From the NCBI GenBank assembly GCA_041752695.1, contig JBGSVZ010000098.1, forward strand, positions 1 to 64,000: 64,000 bases of DNA, written 5' to 3'. The notes beneath the pieces were generated by a model. That model was not told the DNA's origin. It worked only from the letters and a program-made list of their open reading frames with translations, and ran no database searches. Position 1 is the first letter of the stretch; each line of letters begins with the position of its first letter. The translations under genes and the position numbers were made by a program. The stretch is from Terrimicrobiaceae bacterium (GTDB lineage: Bacteria > Verrucomicrobiota > Verrucomicrobiia > Chthoniobacterales > Terrimicrobiaceae). Positions 47,069-56,991 of this stretch are shown here, in pieces.

Positions 47069-50000
47069 TCAAGCGGGATTCAGGGGCGGCGGGGTGGCGG
47101 GCTTGTTCGCAGTCTTCCGGAAACACCCGCCGGTGCTAAACTGTTCCCAAGCGCAACGCAGCCAGCGGATGAGAGAGACGGCGAGCCACAAGGCCCAGGC
47201 CAGCATGAGGATGCGGAACCACCAGATGGAGACGGAGAAACAGCCAGGCGTCGGGAGGGCGTTTTCGCAGCGAGGCTGATACCAATTGAGAATCGCGCGG
47301 GAGGAGGTGTTGCCTGCGATGAACATCTCTGGGTCTCCCAGCAAGCCCTGCGCGACCACGCCGATGAAGATGCCAAGCGAGATGACGGTGAGACCGATGA
47401 GGACGATTTGCAGAAGGTTGTAGCGGAGCGCGGGTTGTCGCAAAAACGATTCGTGACCCCGCCAGGATAGGAAAAACAGCCACCCGACAACGATGAGGGC
47501 AATGAAGAGTGGCACCTGCGTGAGGCCGATGGTGAGGAGCATCCATTCGAAGGGCCGCAGCGGCGAGGATGGCACGCGTCCGAGCGCCCAGGCCGCGATC
47601 AGGCTGCAGACCAGCACGGTCCAGAAACGCACGGCGGGCCCGCGCAGGGGACCGTCCGTCCAAAGCACCCAGCGGTTGTCCGGCACGGTGATCACCGTGG
47701 TGATGTTGGCGCTTTCCACCGGCAGGGTCACTTGCTCGGCGCGGGCTTGAAAGCCGAGGGGCGTGTTGGTTTTCCATTCGAGAGACAGGCTCTGTTCGCC
47801 GGGGCGCAGGGGGATGATCACCTTGTCGCCATCCTTGCGCACGGGAATGGTCTGCCCGTTGAAAGTGAGATTGGTGACATCCGCGCCACCGGGCAGCCCG
47901 ATGAGAAAATCCTCCCCGAGGCTGCAACGCAGCGACAGGTCGAGCTTGGTGGTGCGCTGGCGTTTTCCCAGCGTGATGGTGTGGGTGCCGTTGTTCACCG
48001 TGACCGTGGCACCGGAAATGGCTTCCGGACGGGTGATCGCGAGATCGACACTTTCCCCCGGCCAGGGGTGCCAGACGGGGACGAGTTCGGGATTACCCGG
48101 AAGAAACACCGGTGGCAGGCCGGCGATGGTGACGTTCCATACCGGCGACGCCACGAGGTCCCAACGTTCGACCCACGAATCCTCCGGCTTGGTGGCAAGA
48201 CGAAGGGTATTGGCGGGCGGGATTTCGCTTTGCCAGGCGAACGAGGCATCCTTCGCCCCGAGGCGTACTTCGATGAACCCGTCCTTCACCACGGTGTTGG
48301 CGGAGAGAACATTTTCGCCCGGCAAAAGCGGCACACGCAAGGCCACGGCCTTGCCCTCGGGTGAGAGGCGCGAAACGGTCGTGTTCACCTGCCAGACGAG
48401 GCCAAGTTCCAGATGGCGCTGCACCACGACAAGAGATTGGTAATCCTGTCGGTCGTAACTGGCCTGTCCGGCGGTGGACTTTTGCTGGAGGGCAAAAAAC
48501 ACCTGCTGTTCCGGCACGCCGTCGGGTTTTACACCGCTGACATTCCAGCCGGGGGCGTTGATCGTGACCCGGCGGGGTTTCAGTTGGAATGTCCATTCCC
48601 ATTCGGTCGCGTCCGAAAGCCGACCTTCGACCTGAACGCGATGCACCCCCGGCGGCAAAACGATCCACAAATAGCCATCATCGCGGCGCAAGGCGGCCTC
48701 GGGCTTGCCGTCCACCGTCACCGCAACCGGAGACCATTCCGGCAGCCGGCCCGGCAGGGGCACGGCGACGCGGATCGCGGTGTGGATCTCCGCGTCCATG
48801 GTCAATTTGCGGTCTTGAAGAGATAGTGCCACAGACGAAATCGTGGCTGCGGTCGGATAAGCGTCGGAAGGTTCCAGCAGGCGCTCGCGCAGGGTGGCCA
48901 GGGTTTCCTTGTCGGGGATTTCCTGCGCCCGGGCGGAGGTGACACTTAGCCCCAACAAAACCGCCCCCACTGCCGCCTGGCCTGCCGCGGCGCGGAGCGC
49001 CGGTCCGCCGAGACGCCGCGGGTTGAGCAGGATCGCCGCCAGCGTAAGCAGAAGGGCGATGCGCAGCACGGTGAGCACGCGTTCGAGACCGACCGAAATC
49101 AAAATCGGCCGCACTTGCTGCGTCTGTGTCACCGGTCCATTCCAGCCATAAGTCACGGTGCGCCAGGTCCAATCCGGCACGCCGGGGCCGGTCTGAATCC
49201 GGGCCTTGGCGTCGTAGAGGAGGTTGGATTTGTCGGACTGGCCACGGGCGGAGGATAATCCCCAACCGCCCGAATAGGATTTCATTCGTCGCGTATTGGA
49301 AGAAGCGCGGCTTTCCTCTTCCTGGAGCTCGACGACGGATTCTGAATCTGCCGGGGCGTTGGGCACGGCGGCTTCCTCGACCACGACCATTTGCGATTCC
49401 CTCATTTGGTGGCGCCCCGCAACCTCCTCCAACTGCGGAAACAGCGCCTGCTGGACTTGTTTGGAAATGAACGGCGCGGCGATGAGGACCAGCAGGACCA
49501 GTGCGACCGACCTGCCGATCTGGACGAGGCGGCGGCCCCAACCTTCGGGGACAACTTTGAGCAGCGCGAGGGGGATGATGAGAAGCAGCCAGATGTAGCG
49601 CGGAGCGCCGGGCTCGTGATAAGAAATGCCAAACGCTAGGAACGCGACGATGGCGGGTCCCAGGCCCCAGATGCGGAAGACGGCCAGGGAAAAGATCAGC
49701 AACAGAAACAGGTCGAGCAGGGTCCAGGCAGTGAGCCAGTCGCCTTTCACCCAGTCCGCGCCGAAGAGGGCAAACAGCCGCCAGCCGGGAGGAAGGTTGA
49801 GGGCGACATAAAGCGAATCGGCGTCGGCCCGCCAGCCAGTGGCGGGAAGGGTGGCGGAGCGTTCCGTGCGGCCGGTCGCCTCGAGGTTCAGATTGCGCGT
49901 GCGAATTTCGACGCCGGGCGCGTTGTTTTCGGGATTGAGAGTGATGAGCTGACCCTGGCCGTTGCTGCGCACGGAGCCGAGGTCCTGACCGTCCGCGGCA

Positions 50001-51160
50001 TCGAGACGCCAGATCTGCTGCATCGCACCGGTGATGTCATCGCGAAAAGTGAGCCCTCGGCCATTTTCATCCAGCCACATCGTGCGGCGGATCGAGAGCC
50101 CCTGGGGTGTTTGCAGTCCCATGCCGCGCATGCGTTCCTCGAGGCGAAAGGGCGTCGCGGTGTCCCAACGGTAAACCGGAAACTCCCGCCAGGGGGCGGG
50201 GAAAGTGGTCTGCGAGACATCGATGGAGGGCGAGCCGGTGATGTCGACCATCCGGAAATCCGGCTTGGCGCGGAACGCCACCAGTTCTTCCTCGGTGGCC
50301 GGTTTGGCATCGGCGGCGTAGCGGAATTCGGTGGGATTATCGAGGCGGAAAGCGTTGGCGGTCAGGGTCCACTTGCCCGCGCGCACCTGGGCCTTCATGC
50401 GTCCGGCGTCGTCCACCATCACGGGAATCGGACTGTCTACGGACGACAGCTTCCATCCTTCCGGTAAAATGCTGCCGAGATCCTCTTCCCGGCTTTTGCC
50501 CGAAACAATGATTTCCACCTGCGTGCGCAGCCAGAGCGGGATGCCGTCTTCGAGGAGCGCATAAACTTTCACCGAGAGAAAGTCCTTGTCCGCCTCCTCG
50601 GTCGAGGCGTCGCGTTTCAGCCAGAGATATCCCTCGGCGTCCCAGGTGGGCGAAGGGACCGGCAGGCCGTCGAGAGTCAGTGCGAGCAGGCCGATCTCCT
50701 GAGGAAGAGACAGGCCTTGAGGAATTTCGTTCCAACGAAAGGAGCCTTCAAGTTGGTGGGTGCCCGGCACCAGTTTCACGGCCGGACGGCCTTCGTGCTC
50801 GACCACGGGAATGGCGGTTCCGCTCAGCTTCACCTCGACGGGCCAGACCTCCTTGCCTCCTGGCAAGGAGACCCAGGTCTCGCTAAAAACTGTCACGGAA
50901 AGGCCAAATTTTCCGCCATCGCGGTTCACCTGGAGCGCGAGCAGGGAGGGCCAAAAGCAGATGGGTTTCTCCGCCGTATCATAGGGAGTGGGACAGAACC
51001 GGTGCGGCGCGTCCCAAGTGGCCCAGCTTTCCCAGCCCTTCAGCGGCCCCGGGATGGCGCGGACTTCAGCCACGGGAGTAGGTGCCGGAACGGGAGGCGC
51101 GGCGCAGAGCAGTGCGGGGACAAAAAGAAAAACCAGCCGAAGAAAAAGCGGAAGGTGCAT
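47069..51160 (-). CDS. Large internally duplicated hypothetical membrane protein (1363 aa)
   Basis: Signal peptide, then two units of beta-rich region plus TM bundle. Confidence 0.8.
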   Translation of the reverse strand: MHLPLFLRLVFLFVPALLCAAPPVPAPTPVAEVRAIPGPLKGWESWATWDAPHRFCPTPYDTAEKPICFWPSLLALQVNRDGGKFGLSVTVFSETWVSLPGGKEVWPVEVKLSGTAIPVVEHEGRPAVKLVPGTHQLEGSFRWNEIPQGLSLPQEIGLLALTLDGLPVPSPTWDAEGYLWLKRDASTEEADKDFLSVKVYALLEDGIPLWLRTQVEIIVSGKSREEDLGSILPEGWKLSSVDSPIPVMVDDAGRMKAQVRAGKWTLTANAFRLDNPTEFRYAADAKPATEEELVAFRAKPDFRMVDITGSPSIDVSQTTFPAPWREFPVYRWDTATPFRLEERMRGMGLQTPQGLSIRRTMWLDENGRGLTFRDDITGAMQQIWRLDAADGQDLGSVRSNGQGQLITLNPENNAPGVEIRTRNLNLEATGRTERSATLPATGWRADADSLYVALNLPPGWRLFALFGADWVKGDWLTAWTLLDLFLLLIFSLAVFRIWGLGPAIVAFLAFGISYHEPGAPRYIWLLLIIPLALLKVVPEGWGRRLVQIGRSVALVLLVLIAAPFISKQVQQALFPQLEEVAGRHQMRESQMVVVEEAAVPNAPADSESVVELQEEESRASSNTRRMKSYSGGWGLSSARGQSDKSNLLYDAKARIQTGPGVPDWTWRTVTYGWNGPVTQTQQVRPILISVGLERVLTVLRIALLLTLAAILLNPRRLGGPALRAAAGQAAVGAVLLGLSVTSARAQEIPDKETLATLRERLLEPSDAYPTAATISSVALSLQDRKLTMDAEIHTAIRVAVPLPGRLPEWSPVAVTVDGKPEAALRRDDGYLWIVLPPGVHRVQVEGRLSDATEWEWTFQLKPRRVTINAPGWNVSGVKPDGVPEQQVFFALQQKSTAGQASYDRQDYQSLVVVQRHLELGLVWQVNTTVSRLSPEGKAVALRVPLLPGENVLSANTVVKDGFIEVRLGAKDASFAWQSEIPPANTLRLATKPEDSWVERWDLVASPVWNVTIAGLPPVFLPGNPELVPVWHPWPGESVDLAITRPEAISGATVTVNNGTHTITLGKRQRTTKLDLSLRCSLGEDFLIGLPGGADVTNLTFNGQTIPVRKDGDKVIIPLRPGEQSLSLEWKTNTPLGFQARAEQVTLPVESANITTVITVPDNRWVLWTDGPLRGPAVRFWTVLVCSLIAAWALGRVPSSPLRPFEWMLLTIGLTQVPLFIALIVVGWLFFLSWRGHESFLRQPALRYNLLQIVLIGLTVISLGIFIGVVAQGLLGDPEMFIAGNTSSRAILNWYQPRCENALPTPGCFSVSIWWFRILMLAWALWLAVSLIRWLRCAWEQFSTGGCFRKTANKPATPPPLNPA

Positions 51161-51227
51161 AAGTGGCGGTTTACGGATTCAACAGAACCGCTTCGCCCAG
51201 CGCGAGCGCAAAGATGGTTTTAAGGGC

Positions 51228-51255
51228 CTGGAGGGCGCCGGGCCCTCGGCGCCGT
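51228..51255 (+). repeat. GGAG-type REP-like palindrome
   Basis: CTGGAG-GGCGCCG-GGCCCT-CGGCGCC. Confidence 0.55.
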
Positions 51256-51269
51256 GGATTGCGTTTCGC

Positions 51270-51533
51270 TCAGCCCTGCGACTTCGCCGTGATATACTCT
51301 GCCACGGTATTCACACTGACAAACGCCTCGCGCGCCACTTCGGAGCTTGGGGTTGCCACACCAAAATTTTTCTCGATGCTTACGGCCAGTTCCAGCGCGT
51401 CGATGGAATCCAGAGCCAGCCCCTCGGGACTGAAGAGCAGGGTGTCGTCTCCGATGCTTTCCGGGGTCACCTTCAACATCAGGCTCTCCACCATCATCTT
51501 CTTGATACGGGCTTTCAGATCGGCGTCGGACAT
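51270..51533 (-). CDS. Acyl carrier protein
   Basis: GLALDSIDALEL phosphopantetheine motif. Confidence 0.9.
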   Translation of the reverse strand: MSDADLKARIKKMMVESLMLKVTPESIGDDTLLFSPEGLALDSIDALELAVSIEKNFGVATPSSEVAREAFVSVNTVAEYITAKSQG

Positions 51534-51715
51534 GGAAGGGGAAGGAAGTAACCCAGGCGCGGCGGAAAAACAGGAATATTTTTGGCCGGGCCTGCCGCGG
51601 GTTGAAGCGGAAAGAGGAAGTTTTTCACACAAGGAAACGCAGAGAATGAAGATCGAAAGGGGGTGAACGGTTTTCCACGCTTCAGTTTTCTCCGGCAGGA
51701 AGGTACGGTTTCCGG

Positions 51716-52447
51716 GTGTCCGTCAAATCGCGTCTCGATCAGCTTCTCGTCACCCGCGGCCTTTGCCCATCGCGGGAGAAGGCGCAGCGGGCCATCATGG
51801 CGGGGCAGGTGTTGGTGGGTGGCCAGAAGGCGGATAAACCCGGACGGACGGTGGCGGATGATGTCGTGGTGGAAATTCTCGCCGGCGACAAATACGTCGG
51901 CCGCGGCGGGCTGAAGCTGGAAGGCGCTCTGGACCATTTTCAGATTCCCGTCTTTGGCCGCAAGGGCCTCGACATTGGCGCTTCCACGGGAGGCTTCACC
52001 GATTGCCTGCTCCAGCGCGGGGCGGCGGGGGTTCACGCGATTGATGTGGGCCATGGACAGATCGATTGGAAACTGCGCAACGACCCGCGTGTGACCGTGC
52101 GCGAGGGGGTGAATGCCCGCTTTTTGACCGCGGAGGATACGGGCGGCTTGGTGGATCTTTGTGTGGCGGATGTGAGTTTCATTTCCCTGACATTGATTTT
52201 GCCCGCGGCGTTTGCGTTACTCACGCCCACCGCCGACATGGTTGTACTCATCAAACCGCAGTTCGAACTCACTCCCGACAAGGTCGGCAGGGGAGGCGTG
52301 GTGCGCGACCCGGCGTTCCGCGACGAAGCTGTCGAGAAGATTCGCAGTTTCGTGGAGGCCTCCGGGCATCGCTGGATGGGGCTCATCGAATCGCCGATCA
52401 CCGGACGCGAAGGCAACGTCGAATACCTCGCGCACCTCCGCCCATGA
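51716..52447 (+). CDS. tlyA: TlyA-family rRNA methyltransferase
   Basis: S4 domain RLDQLLV, YVGRGGLKL, LDIGASTGGFTD, LIKPQFE. Confidence 0.95.
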   Translation: MSVKSRLDQLLVTRGLCPSREKAQRAIMAGQVLVGGQKADKPGRTVADDVVVEILAGDKYVGRGGLKLEGALDHFQIPVFGRKGLDIGASTGGFTDCLLQRGAAGVHAIDVGHGQIDWKLRNDPRVTVREGVNARFLTAEDTGGLVDLCVADVSFISLTLILPAAFALLTPTADMVVLIKPQFELTPDKVGRGGVVRDPAFRDEAVEKIRSFVEASGHRWMGLIESPITGREGNVEYLAHLRP

Positions 52448-53295
52448 TCGGCCTCATCGCTCATGCTGCCAAACCCGAAGCGCGTTCCGTGGTGCGGTCC
52501 GTGGTGAAGGCGCTTCGCGACCGAAAGATTTCCTTCGCTCTGGAAAAGGCCACGGCGGCTCTGGCGGGTCGGAAATCCTCGCTCGATGAACGCGCCCTGG
52601 CGCGCGAGGCGGAGCTTCTCCTTGTCATGGGGGGCGATGGCACCATTCTGCGCGTCCTGCACAAACTCGGACCGGCCATACGCCCGATCTTCGGGATCAA
52701 TATTGGCTCTTTGGGATTCCTGACGTGTGCGGGCCCGGCCGAAATCGACAGCGCCGTCGAAAGTATTGCCGACAAAACGTATTTGCTCAGTCCGCGAAAC
52801 CTTCTCATCGCCGAGATTACGGATTCCCGCGGTCGCACGGCCCGCCATTACGGGCTCAACGACGTTGTGGTGAGTCGCGGCGAACGGTCCCAGCTTGTCA
52901 AAATCCACGTCGAGATCGATGGCACGGAACTCACCGACTACAATGCCGATGGTCTGATCATCGCGACCCCGACGGGTTCGACGGCGTATTCCCTGGCGGC
53001 GGGAGGGCCGGTGTTGATGCCGGATTCCGGCGCGTTTGTGGTCACGCCGATTTGCCCTCATGTCCTCACCAATCGCTCCACGGTGGTGAGCGACCGCTCG
53101 GTGATCGAAGCGCGGTTGCGGGTCGAGCAGCAGGTTTTTGTCTCCATCGATGGCCGATCCTCCCGCGCGATGCGGGTGGGGGATGTCCTGCGCATCACCA
53201 AGAGCGACCGCGTGCTGCCGCTTGTCATGCTACCGCATCGCCTCTTTCCTGACGTCCTTCGGCAGAAACTGAAATGGCGCGGGAGTAACGTATGA
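52444..53295 (+). CDS. nadK: NAD kinase
   Basis: GGDGTIL, GSLGFL, DGLIIATPTGSTAYSLAAGGP. Confidence 0.96.
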   Translation: MIGLIAHAAKPEARSVVRSVVKALRDRKISFALEKATAALAGRKSSLDERALAREAELLLVMGGDGTILRVLHKLGPAIRPIFGINIGSLGFLTCAGPAEIDSAVESIADKTYLLSPRNLLIAEITDSRGRTARHYGLNDVVVSRGERSQLVKIHVEIDGTELTDYNADGLIIATPTGSTAYSLAAGGPVLMPDSGAFVVTPICPHVLTNRSTVVSDRSVIEARLRVEQQVFVSIDGRSSRAMRVGDVLRITKSDRVLPLVMLPHRLFPDVLRQKLKWRGSNV

Positions 53296-53335
53296 GAACG
53301 ATGATTGGTGGTTTTTACTTTTCCTTTGTTTCGGC

Positions 53336-53797
53336 ATGACCCCCATCGGCGATATTCTGCAAGCCGACCACGTAAACCTCTCGCTTTCGGCCACGGGAAA
53401 GGTCGAGGCGGTGGAAGAGGTTCTTTCCAAGTTGAACGGGGATGTCCGGGTGAAGGATTTTGCGATATTCCGCGAGGCGGTGATTGCCCGGGACGCGGCG
53501 GCCATTTCCGAAAATCATTGCGGGATCTGTATCGCGCACGGCCGCACCGAATCGGTTTCCGGCTTGGTGCTGGCGGCGGGTCGGTCAGCGGCGGGATTCC
53601 CCTGTCGTGAGGTGCCGGACCCGGTGCATTTTGTTTTTGTGGCGGGAATTCCCCGGACCTTTAATTCCGAGTATTTGCGAATAGTTGGAGCGATCGCGCG
53701 GATCTGTCGGGACCGCCACCAACTCGATCGGTTGATTGCAGCCAAGACCGCGGAGCAGTTCATTGGCCTGCTCAGCGCGGGCGAGGTGAGGTTGTAG
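53336..53797 (+). CDS. PTS EIIA (Ntr/fructose-type) domain protein
   Basis: ARD..GICIAHGRT, EYLRIVGAIAR. Confidence 0.85.
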   Translation: MTPIGDILQADHVNLSLSATGKVEAVEEVLSKLNGDVRVKDFAIFREAVIARDAAAISENHCGICIAHGRTESVSGLVLAAGRSAAGFPCREVPDPVHFVFVAGIPRTFNSEYLRIVGAIARICRDRHQLDRLIAAKTAEQFIGLLSAGEVRL

Positions 53798-53801
53798 TCT
53801 G

Positions 53802-53868
53802 GGTCGCAAGGGCCTGCGACCGTCCAGAGGAAAGATTCGAGAGGTCGCAAGGGCCTGCGACCCTCCAG
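53802..53868 (-). repeat. Two tandem REP-like palindromes
   Basis: GGTCGCAAGGGCCTGCGACC at 53802 and 53843, each followed by (G/C)TCCAG. Confidence 0.75.
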
Positions 53869-53874
53869 GGGGAA

Positions 53875-55929
53875 CTAATATTTGTTAGTCAGTGTCGACG
53901 CCGGGAAGTCGTCGGTGCGGAAGGGTGAGGCGGGAAGGCCTGCGCCGTTGTAGAGGTTGACGGTGGGATTTTCCGACCAGCCGTAACGGACGGCGACGGG
54001 AGCGGGAACTTTGTCGGAAGAAACGACGACGCTGTCGCCTTCGATCTTGGCGTCAGCCCACACCCACTGCTTGTCTTCCCCGCAAATGGCAAATCCTTCG
54101 AGCTCACTGTTCGGGCTGTTGCGCACGGTCGGCGCCGTCTTTCCCTCCTTGGTGTTGACGTCGTACGTCGCGGGCACGGGCTTGGCCACGAGTCCGCCAT
54201 CGGTGTGGGTGAAGGAAAGGCGGGCCTTGGCGCCGTCGATTTTCAGCGCGTTGAAAACTGGACCCGAGTAGGGGATGCTTTTGCCGTAGTCCTGGGCGAG
54301 CGCGATGAGGGCGAGGCGTTCGCCCACGTCCTTTTTATTGCGGGGATGGATGTCTGCGCTTTCGCCGATATCGATGAGCACGGCCTGCCCGGTCGCGGGG
54401 AGTTTGAGGGTCAGGGATTGCGCTTCGCGAAGTTCGGCCCAACCGCTTTCGCCTGGAGCGTCTTTTTTGGCCTGAAAATTGGCGAGCTGGCAGAAGTAGA
54501 ATGGGAAGTCGCCCTGATCCCAAACCTTGCGCCAGTCGGTGATCATGAGCGGAAAGGCGGTGCGATACTGGTAAGCGCGACCGGCGTTGGATTCTCCCTG
54601 ATACCAGATGGCTCCGCTGATGGCGTAGGGGACGATGGGGTTGATCATGCCATTAAAAAGATGGCTGGCGACGTTCTGAGGGCCCGGCGGAGTTACGGGC
54701 GGCTTGGGGGCGGCGGCGAGTTGCGCAGGGGTGAGAGGAGGAAGAGAAAATTCCTCTTTCGCGAACCATCCTTCGGTCGTCACTGCCCCGCCGATTTTCG
54801 GCGCGGTAGGGAACTTGGCCGGTCCGGCCGGCGCATAAATCCGGAGGGCGAGAGTGTTTTTGCCAGGCTTCACCTTGTTCGCGGGAATGGTGTATTTTCC
54901 CCCGCGACGAACGTATCCGCTTCCTGGAGAATCTTTGAAATCCAGGGACGTGATCAAATCGCCGTTCCAAAAAATGCTGTCAAATCCTTCGATGGCTCCC
55001 AATTCAAGACCGAGTGGTGCGGTGGCGGCGCCCGGGCGTTCGATTTCGGTGCGAACCCAGACCGCGCCGTCGCCGGAGAAATCTTTTCCGGAGATCACGC
55101 CTGGAATCGCTACCTTCTGCCAACCGTCCAGCGAGATCCCGGGAGCGGCAAACGCGGCGGTGTCGGTGGCAGGTTTGTCCTCCCGTCCCGACTCCTTCAG
55201 CCAGGCTCCAAAGGTTTCGATCCATTTTTTTTGATCGGCGGGCTGATTGGTGATTTGTCCGAAAAGCCGTTCTTTGGCGGCCTTAAGCTCGGGGACAGTG
55301 TCGAGGGCCGCCTCGCTGGTCCAGGCCTCGGAGGGTGTGCCACCCCAGGAGGTATTGATCAACCCCACGGGGACATTGAGGTCGTTTTGAAGCTTTTTGC
55401 CGAAATAATAACCGACGGCCGTGAATCCGCCGGTTGTTTCGGGAGACGCCTGGATCCAGGTGCCTTCGCAATCGTCGAGCGGAGTGATCGACGTGGCTTT
55501 TTTGACCTGAAACTGACGGAGCAGGGAGTTGGCCGACTGGGCGATCTCTTTGTCGGCGTCGATGGTATTTTTTACGACCCACTCCATATTGGACTGGCCG
55601 GAGGCCACCCAGACTTCGCCGACCACGACATCGGAAAGTTTGATCTGATTTTTTCCCTGCACGGTCATTTCAAAGGGACCGGGGCCGGAGTCGGCCAGAT
55701 TTAGGGCGGTCTTCCACTTCCCGTCCGCGCCAGCGGTGGTTTTGACGGTTTGGCCGTTGAGAGTGATTGTGACTTCCTCTCCGGGATCGGCCTTGCCCCA
55801 GATTGGCACCTTGGCGGTTTTTTCCAGGACCATGTGATCGGAAATAATGGCGGGAAGCTTGACGTCGGCGTGGACGGAAGCGAGCGGCAGACTGAGCAGC
55901 GCGGAGGCGAGGAGGACGTGGGTTTTCAT
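53875..55929 (-). CDS. Sialate O-acetylesterase (SASA/DUF303) family
   Basis: GEVWVASGQSNM, WYQGESN, DIHPRNK. Confidence 0.92.
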   Translation of the reverse strand: MKTHVLLASALLSLPLASVHADVKLPAIISDHMVLEKTAKVPIWGKADPGEEVTITLNGQTVKTTAGADGKWKTALNLADSGPGPFEMTVQGKNQIKLSDVVVGEVWVASGQSNMEWVVKNTIDADKEIAQSANSLLRQFQVKKATSITPLDDCEGTWIQASPETTGGFTAVGYYFGKKLQNDLNVPVGLINTSWGGTPSEAWTSEAALDTVPELKAAKERLFGQITNQPADQKKWIETFGAWLKESGREDKPATDTAAFAAPGISLDGWQKVAIPGVISGKDFSGDGAVWVRTEIERPGAATAPLGLELGAIEGFDSIFWNGDLITSLDFKDSPGSGYVRRGGKYTIPANKVKPGKNTLALRIYAPAGPAKFPTAPKIGGAVTTEGWFAKEEFSLPPLTPAQLAAAPKPPVTPPGPQNVASHLFNGMINPIVPYAISGAIWYQGESNAGRAYQYRTAFPLMITDWRKVWDQGDFPFYFCQLANFQAKKDAPGESGWAELREAQSLTLKLPATGQAVLIDIGESADIHPRNKKDVGERLALIALAQDYGKSIPYSGPVFNALKIDGAKARLSFTHTDGGLVAKPVPATYDVNTKEGKTAPTVRNSPNSELEGFAICGEDKQWVWADAKIEGDSVVVSSDKVPAPVAVRYGWSENPTVNLYNGAGLPASPFRTDDFPASTLTNKY

Positions 55930-55941
55930 TGGGGAAGAGGC

Positions 55942-56991
55942 CTAACGGAGGAACTGGCGGATCCAGGTTTCGTAACCCGCCTGGGCGTTCAGAGTCTGCA
56001 CCACGCCCTTTTTGTCAAGGATCCAGACGGTGGGCAAAGCGTTGATGCCGAGGCTGCGGGCCAGCGGGCTCTCCCAGCCTTTGCCGTCAAAATGCGTTGG
56101 CCAGGATGCGGGAAGTTCAGCCAATTTCTCCGCGAGGAGTTTGCGGTCGGTATCGAGGCTGACCGTGACGACCCGGAGGCGGTCCTTGGGCAGCTTTTCC
56201 CAGGCGGCGCGGAAATTCCGCAGCCAGAGCAGGCTGTGCGGGGAGTCGGCCGACCAGAAAATCAGCACGACCACATTGCCGCGCAGTGAGGCGAGGTCGA
56301 GGGAGGTTCCGCGAGTGGTGGAGAGCTTCGCGTCGAAGGGCCGACCGAGAAGTTCCAGGCGTTTGAGGTCGTCGGTGATGCGTTGTTTGAGCGGATCCTC
56401 GGAGGTGAGACGGAGCGCATCATTGAGGAGCTGACGTTTCAGGTTGGGTGCGTCGTCGCAGATGGTGGCGACTTCGACGAGCAGGCGGGGGCCGCGCCGG
56501 TCGCCGGGATATTTGGCGACAAAACCTTTCGCGGAATCCACCACCGCTTCGCGCATTCGATCGGTGCTGCCTTTCTGGCTCTGCAGGTAGAGGGAGATGC
56601 GCTGGAACCCCGCGGTGGCGAGTTTCTCCCGGGGGATGCCGGGAGTATTTTCGAGTTCGGTAAGCAAGGCGAAGGCCTCGTCCACTTTCTTGGGATTTTC
56701 GTCCATCTTGCCCTCGGCGGCGAGGAGAGAGGCGCGCCGGAGTTTCGCGTCGAAGACGCGGGGGTCCGCGGGGTATTTGACAATAAACTCTTCGACCGCG
56801 AGGCGATGGCGCTGGAAGTGGGTGCGGGCAAAAAGGCGGGCCTCTTCGCGGGTGGTGGGTTTTTGGGGAGGACCCGCGTCGAGGGCCACAATGGCCGCCC
56901 AATCCTCATCGACTCCGGCTTGAACTGCGGGAACGGAGATCGCAAAAGCGATGAGGAAGGCGAAAAACCAAGGTGCCACTCGGCGGCTCAT
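55942..56991 (-). CDS. TlpA/thioredoxin-like protein without CxxC
   Basis: LRGNVVVLIFWSADSPHS..GINALPTVWILDKKGVV. Confidence 0.75.
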   Translation of the reverse strand: MSRRVAPWFFAFLIAFAISVPAVQAGVDEDWAAIVALDAGPPQKPTTREEARLFARTHFQRHRLAVEEFIVKYPADPRVFDAKLRRASLLAAEGKMDENPKKVDEAFALLTELENTPGIPREKLATAGFQRISLYLQSQKGSTDRMREAVVDSAKGFVAKYPGDRRGPRLLVEVATICDDAPNLKRQLLNDALRLTSEDPLKQRITDDLKRLELLGRPFDAKLSTTRGTSLDLASLRGNVVVLIFWSADSPHSLLWLRNFRAAWEKLPKDRLRVVTVSLDTDRKLLAEKLAELPASWPTHFDGKGWESPLARSLGINALPTVWILDKKGVVQTLNAQAGYETWIRQFLR

